NCBI GenBank assembly: GCA_007128145.1
Contig: SKXZ01000224.1
Span: 1-37,836, forward strand
DNA from: Candidatus Nitricultor lacus
GTDB taxonomy: Bacteria > Atribacterota > Atribacteria > Atribacterales > Atribacteraceae
Length of the DNA stretch: 37,836 nt
Direction: 5' to 3'
Below the pieces are notes generated by a model. That model was not told the origin of the DNA and made no database searches. It saw only the letters and a program-made list of their open reading frames with translations. Shown here in pieces: positions 34,601 to 37,836 of the stretch (position 1 is the stretch's first letter; each line of letters starts with the position of its first letter). Position numbers and translations under genes: made by a program.

Positions 34601-34701
34601 TCCACATCAATGATGGAGCGGGTATCGCGTATCCGTAACCGAGACAGTTCTTCGATTTTGCGCCCGAGTTTGCCCGCAAGAAGCTTCATTTTCCCCGTCA
34701 T
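31627..34701 (-). CDS. GH38-family alpha-mannosidase (long, cytosolic type)
   Basis: 1024 aa. The HCHIDLAWLW metal-binding/catalytic N-terminal motif is typical of bacterial GH38. Confidence 0.85.
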   Translation of the reverse strand: MTGKMKLLAGKLGRKIEELSRLRIRDTRSIIDVDIREAFSREELVSAETRRGRSGESWGGRDRYAEFSFSLDVPVGSPCRLRCDLGEGHELFGPEGLVMVDEHPAHALDKYHREVPLKAGEHTIRIEAWSGLGDEPHLYMPPRLLLVDEETEGLYFDGLCCLEAALTLPEDDKRRIDLLYALDEALGRIDFRKPGTDEFYLSVIEARRSLSNPLPGDAFAEVSAFGHCHIDLAWLWRVRHTREKAVRSFSTALSLLERYPNFVFSQGQAQLYAWLPKDRPDMFREVLERVNEGRWEITGSAWVECDCNLTGGESLVRQLLYGKRYFREKFGVETKVAWFPDTFGFNANLPQIFRRCGIEVFITSKLSWNQFNPFPHDTFWWEGIDGTEVLAHFITTPPNSPDLPYFTYNGILEAEKVAGTWANYRQKGHNTALVFPFGYGDGGGGPTMEMLEKGQRLPRFPFLPRVRFEGVEKFAHTLVDISKNTDFPRYRGELYLEYHRGTYTTQGWIKMLNRQSEILYHEAEIAASLALREGMEYPAKELEEGWKEVLFHQFHDILTGSSIAGVYEDARAAYRHILENGQKMRERAMRFIAGRMRAEKGSICLFNFLAHTREEPLGLPGGILSDFECSLVQGEKTCDTQQSEDGKLLVSGVSVPPCGCTVLRRGKKRKQKTSRLRVEEQLLENEYFRVILDNDGLICSLFDKRLERECIAPGETANLFQAFEDLPIAHDAWDIDRYYQDKRWDITDLSRIAVTEAGPVRGTLVLERRFGRSTIIQRVRIWRDFDRLDFVTEIDWQERNTLLKVAFPFSLRPQFASCEIPWGYLLRPTSPSSEQDEARFEVCAHRFVDISEADWGIALLNDGKYGVDFCGGTVRLTCLKSPLYPDSTADRGTHRFSYALYPHRGNLPASKVIERAAEFNQPVHAFNMDDTKVGYENPRSFITIEGEGVFLEALKKAENGEGIVFRLVERQGRRRHVKVRLLDPPLKLWETNLMEDYEREWPVKNDGWEAEFTPFQARTFLAVW

Positions 34702-37364
34702 GCTTCACCACCCCGGGGAAGCATGAAAACACCCCATGTTTTTATCTCGTGCGGTTCAAAACCGGCTTCAAGCACATTACTCTCCAGCTTCACCAACTCG
34801 CCGTCCTCTTCGATGGGTGAGAGTTCCCGAACCTGCTCGGGAACTGTGGCAAATGTCAGGAGGGCACGCTGGGGACAAGAAGAATGGTTATACAAGCGGA
34901 TCACCAGCTCTTCCCTTCCTTCCCGTTTCTTACATGCACTCAGGGTGATATGAGGATTATCACAAGAAAACAGCGACCAGCCGTTACCGATCCTTCCTCT
35001 TCCCTTTCCCATGGGGATAGCGAGTGGAGGAAGATTGAGCGTTCTTCCTGCCTGGGCGCACGTGCTCTCGGGAAAAGGCTTTGTATCAACGGCAAGCGCG
35101 AGGGCATATTCGTGTTCCCCCACGCATTGTGCATCAGGGGTGAGTATGGGCCAGCCGGCATTCCCGGGGCGTGTGGCAAGATCACCCCGAGACAGCCATC
35201 CCACTGCGCGCAGCAGGGTCACCGCCACCCGTGTCTTTTTTCCGGAGGGGATTGTTTCGTACTCGGGAAGACCGCGGTTATATACCCAAAAGCTGTGTTC
35301 TTCATCCTGGACGCACACGAAATGCCTTTGATGATAGGTGGTTCCCTTTTCCGCCCTACGTTCCACCACTGTGAAATGCCCATCTGCATAAGAACGGTCT
35401 GACTCAACAGGAAAATTGAATACCATCCTCAAGCGGTGATCATGCGCCCGGTTATCAACTTGTATGTTGAAATCCACCCTGTCAACGCCCGGTGAAACCG
35501 ATATTCTCAAGGCTATGGGAAGATCCACGCTTTCTGCGCTTCGGCCTTTTCGGTCAAGGGACAGAGAAGACGGTACAGGCACATTATATCGAAGCTCCAT
35601 AGTCGAGCGGAAAGGATGTTCCATGAAACGGATGGCAGGCTGAACTTCATTGCTGCTCACAACCTTTTCTTCCGGACAGGGCGACCAATCATATTCGTCA
35701 CCGGCATCGGATGTATCCTCAAACTCGAGCTCCAGGGGAAAGGTCAAACCGGATGGGCGATGGGTCAAGGTAACCGCTCCCTGTGCATCACTCTCCACGC
35801 GGTAAAATTCGTTTTCAAGTGCCTCTTTGTGCTCGTAACTGACCTTGGTCTGTGTATCGACCGGCTCCACCCGATATACCCTGAACCCCATGGGGGGAAG
35901 GTCTCTTGCTACAAATCCCACTCTATAGCGCCGTGCTTGATAGATTTCGGGAAGGGTATGCGGAGGAGTCTCAATCACTTCCGACCATTCTCTTTCGAGA
36001 ACCGCCGGTGTAACAGCATCTTCGCTGCTCGTGAGGCGGATTCCTTTCGGGAATTCACCCCTTGGCAGATCGTGCTTTGCAATGCGGGCATTTTCAAAAT
36101 CCGCTTCTTCTATAAGCTTTTTGTCCAACAGAAGGTCTGTTTCCAGATACTCTGTCACCGGAAAGGGGTGAGGGTTGAATACAACGAGGTTTTCCTTTCC
36201 TTCAGCGACCAGCGAATCCTCAAGAGTTCCCGGAATATCCGCCAGCCACTTTCTTTCTATTTCCTCCATACCCCGGTAACGGGCCACCATCTCCCGGTGC
36301 ACGTCGTCACAACTGCATCCGCAAATAGCATCATGGGTGGAGTTTTTCAATATTCCTTTCCAGAGAAAACGGAAAAGATGTTCAGGATAAGTGGCTCCAA
36401 GGCTGAAGAGAACCGACGCCAGGGGTTCCGCCTGCCCTTCCAAAAACGAGGACCGGTCGTGGTGTGCCTGTTTCAAGTACATGCGGGTTGATAGTGTACC
36501 CCCCAACAGGTAGTTGAGGTCTCCCTCCCGCCATTCTCCCCGGTAAACCGGCAATGAATGTAATTCGAGCTCTTTTTCCAAAAGGGAAAACAGAAACGGA
36601 AGGGTGGAGTGGCAATAGTCGTGTTCGTCCATTTCCTGGCGCACATACCGCAATTTAGCGGGGAAGGAGGGATCAGGCTCAACATGGTCGGATCCGTTCA
36701 TCAGGAGAATGTGTTTGGAATTGGCATAAGGGGAGAGTTTAGTAACCATGGCTTCCAATCTCTGGCGTAAGGCTTCCCCGGGCGGGGGAAGGTTGCAGGC
36801 GTTACTGTAACCGAAGGGCATGAAGACGGTGAGGACTTTTGAGCCGTCGGGGGCTTCCCAGAAAAACTCACTCGATTTCACATTCCTGCCCGCACCCCGC
36901 CAGAACGCCGCATAAGGAATACCGCTTTTCGCGAGGATTTGGGGAATTTGCCCAATGTGGCCGAAAGAGTCAGGAAGGTACCCCACCCTCATCCACCTTC
37001 CGAAACGACGGCTCAGGTTGATCCCGATCATCAGGTTACGTATATGGGTCTCCCCGCTGATCAAAAACTCATCGGGCAAGATATACCATGGCCCCACCAA
37101 TACTCTCCCATTTTCCACCAGAGAACGCAATTCATTTTCTTTTTCAGGCCGTACTTCCAGATAATCTTCCAGAGCCACGATTTGCCCGTCCAGCATGAAG
37201 TTCTGATACAGGGGATCGTTTCCCATTACCCCGAGCAGATTATCAACAAGCTTCACCAATCTGTAGCGGTAGGCTTCCAGCGGTTCGTACCATTCACGGT
37301 CCCAGTGGGTATGTGAGACAAAATGGATCAGGTGGCGCATTGAATATATCCCCCTTGTTTTCAT
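34698..37364 (-). CDS. GH38-family glycoside hydrolase (MngB / mannosylglycerate hydrolase-like)
   Basis: 888 aa with the FVSHTHWDREWY motif characteristic of the MngB-like GH38 subgroup. It has 4 nt overlaps with both neighbours. Confidence 0.8.
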   Translation of the reverse strand: MKTRGIYSMRHLIHFVSHTHWDREWYEPLEAYRYRLVKLVDNLLGVMGNDPLYQNFMLDGQIVALEDYLEVRPEKENELRSLVENGRVLVGPWYILPDEFLISGETHIRNLMIGINLSRRFGRWMRVGYLPDSFGHIGQIPQILAKSGIPYAAFWRGAGRNVKSSEFFWEAPDGSKVLTVFMPFGYSNACNLPPPGEALRQRLEAMVTKLSPYANSKHILLMNGSDHVEPDPSFPAKLRYVRQEMDEHDYCHSTLPFLFSLLEKELELHSLPVYRGEWREGDLNYLLGGTLSTRMYLKQAHHDRSSFLEGQAEPLASVLFSLGATYPEHLFRFLWKGILKNSTHDAICGCSCDDVHREMVARYRGMEEIERKWLADIPGTLEDSLVAEGKENLVVFNPHPFPVTEYLETDLLLDKKLIEEADFENARIAKHDLPRGEFPKGIRLTSSEDAVTPAVLEREWSEVIETPPHTLPEIYQARRYRVGFVARDLPPMGFRVYRVEPVDTQTKVSYEHKEALENEFYRVESDAQGAVTLTHRPSGLTFPLELEFEDTSDAGDEYDWSPCPEEKVVSSNEVQPAIRFMEHPFRSTMELRYNVPVPSSLSLDRKGRSAESVDLPIALRISVSPGVDRVDFNIQVDNRAHDHRLRMVFNFPVESDRSYADGHFTVVERRAEKGTTYHQRHFVCVQDEEHSFWVYNRGLPEYETIPSGKKTRVAVTLLRAVGWLSRGDLATRPGNAGWPILTPDAQCVGEHEYALALAVDTKPFPESTCAQAGRTLNLPPLAIPMGKGRGRIGNGWSLFSCDNPHITLSACKKREGREELVIRLYNHSSCPQRALLTFATVPEQVRELSPIEEDGELVKLESNVLEAGFEPHEIKTWGVFMLPRGGEA

Positions 37365-37836
37365 TTTAACATCTGGCCGAAAAGACCCGCTATGAACCAG
37401 CGCTGGAACAAGATAAACAGTACCAGTGGTGGAAGCAGGGCGACAATGCCCGCCGCGGTAAGACCGCCCCAGTAGGTTCCCCAGGTGCCGATAAAAGCCA
37501 ATATGCCCTGTGGGAGGACGCGCATACCCGGTCGGGTTATGATGGCTGAAGCGTATATATAGTTATTCCAGGTAGTAATAAAAATGAACACCACTACCGC
37601 TATCAATCCCGGAACCATAAGCGGCATTGCCACTCTACGGATAGCTTGCAGGCGAGAGCAACCATCAACCAGAGCGGCTTCTTCTATTTCCACCGGAACT
37701 TCCATGATAAAATTTCGCAGCATCCATATGGCAAGAGGTAAGTTGAATACCGCGTTCACTATAATGAGTCCGAAGAACTGGTTATACAATCCCAGTGTAT
37801 TGAGGAAAGCCACCAGGGGCACCAGGACGGCGATTA
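37361..37836 (-). CDS. CUT1 sugar ABC transporter permease (MalG-like), 5'-truncated by the window edge
   Basis: EAA loop EIEEAALVDGCSRLQAIRRVAMPL. Only the C-terminal 155 aa or so are present. Confidence 0.8.
   Translation of the reverse strand, partial: IAVLVPLVAFLNTLGLYNQFFGLIIVNAVFNLPLAIWMLRNFIMEVPVEIEEAALVDGCSRLQAIRRVAMPLMVPGLIAVVVFIFITTWNNYIYASAIITRPGMRVLPQGILAFIGTWGTYWGGLTAAGIVALLPPLVLFILFQRWFIAGLFGQMLK

Noticed and set aside
1-37836. tRNA, rRNA and tmRNA genes
   Set aside because: The intergenic regions are accounted for by repeats, promoters and the two orphan RNAs. No T-arm (GGTTCGAATCC-like) with acceptor-stem context and no rRNA-like segment was seen.

Overview
The 37.8 kb window (about 50% GC by eye) is almost fully coding and mostly on the minus strand, with no rRNA, tRNA, CRISPR array, transposase or integrase. 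All calls come from reading the sequence and translations by eye; no searches were run.

Gene content, in order:
- a secreted Ig-like (Big_1) surface protein;
- a BtuFCD-like ABC importer behind a clear cobalamin riboswitch and a near-consensus sigma70-type promoter;
- a VapBC toxin-antitoxin pair;
- a polytopic membrane protein, an alpha/beta hydrolase and a DUF2007-like protein;
- a SagB-type nitroreductase, a HAD hydrolase and an M29 aminopeptidase;
- a lipoprotein and a small secreted protein;
- a CUT1 sugar ABC transporter (binding protein plus two permeases) with a URO-D-family gene and a ROK regulator;
- a tightly overlapping five-gene operon: ThiI-like PP-loop enzyme, LarE-like PP-loop enzyme, EamA, AzlC and AzlD;
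- a sulfur amino-acid operon: Rrf2 regulator, cysK, metY, metA and an FtrD/DUF2318-like Cys-rich protein;
- an HMA/membrane/cupredoxin fusion protein;
- rseC-like and D-2-hydroxyacid dehydrogenase genes;
- two tandem GH38 alpha-mannosidase-family genes and a partial sugar permease.

The gene list does not explain three things.
1. Nearly every long intergenic spacer is filled with a modular family of short repeats with 7-nt (one module 8-nt) internal periodicity. One module sits sense-oriented immediately 5' of the Shine-Dalgarno sequence of at least four or five unrelated genes. Two roughly 300-460 bp mosaic blocks form an inverted pair, including a 47/47 nt perfect inverted repeat, around a 4.6 kb cassette.
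2. Two orphan structured RNAs of about 175 nt each have a near-consensus promoter, a 5'/3' closing helix and a U-tract. I cannot assign either to a known RNA class.
3. The paired PP-loop sulfur-insertion enzymes are translationally coupled to three exporter subunits.
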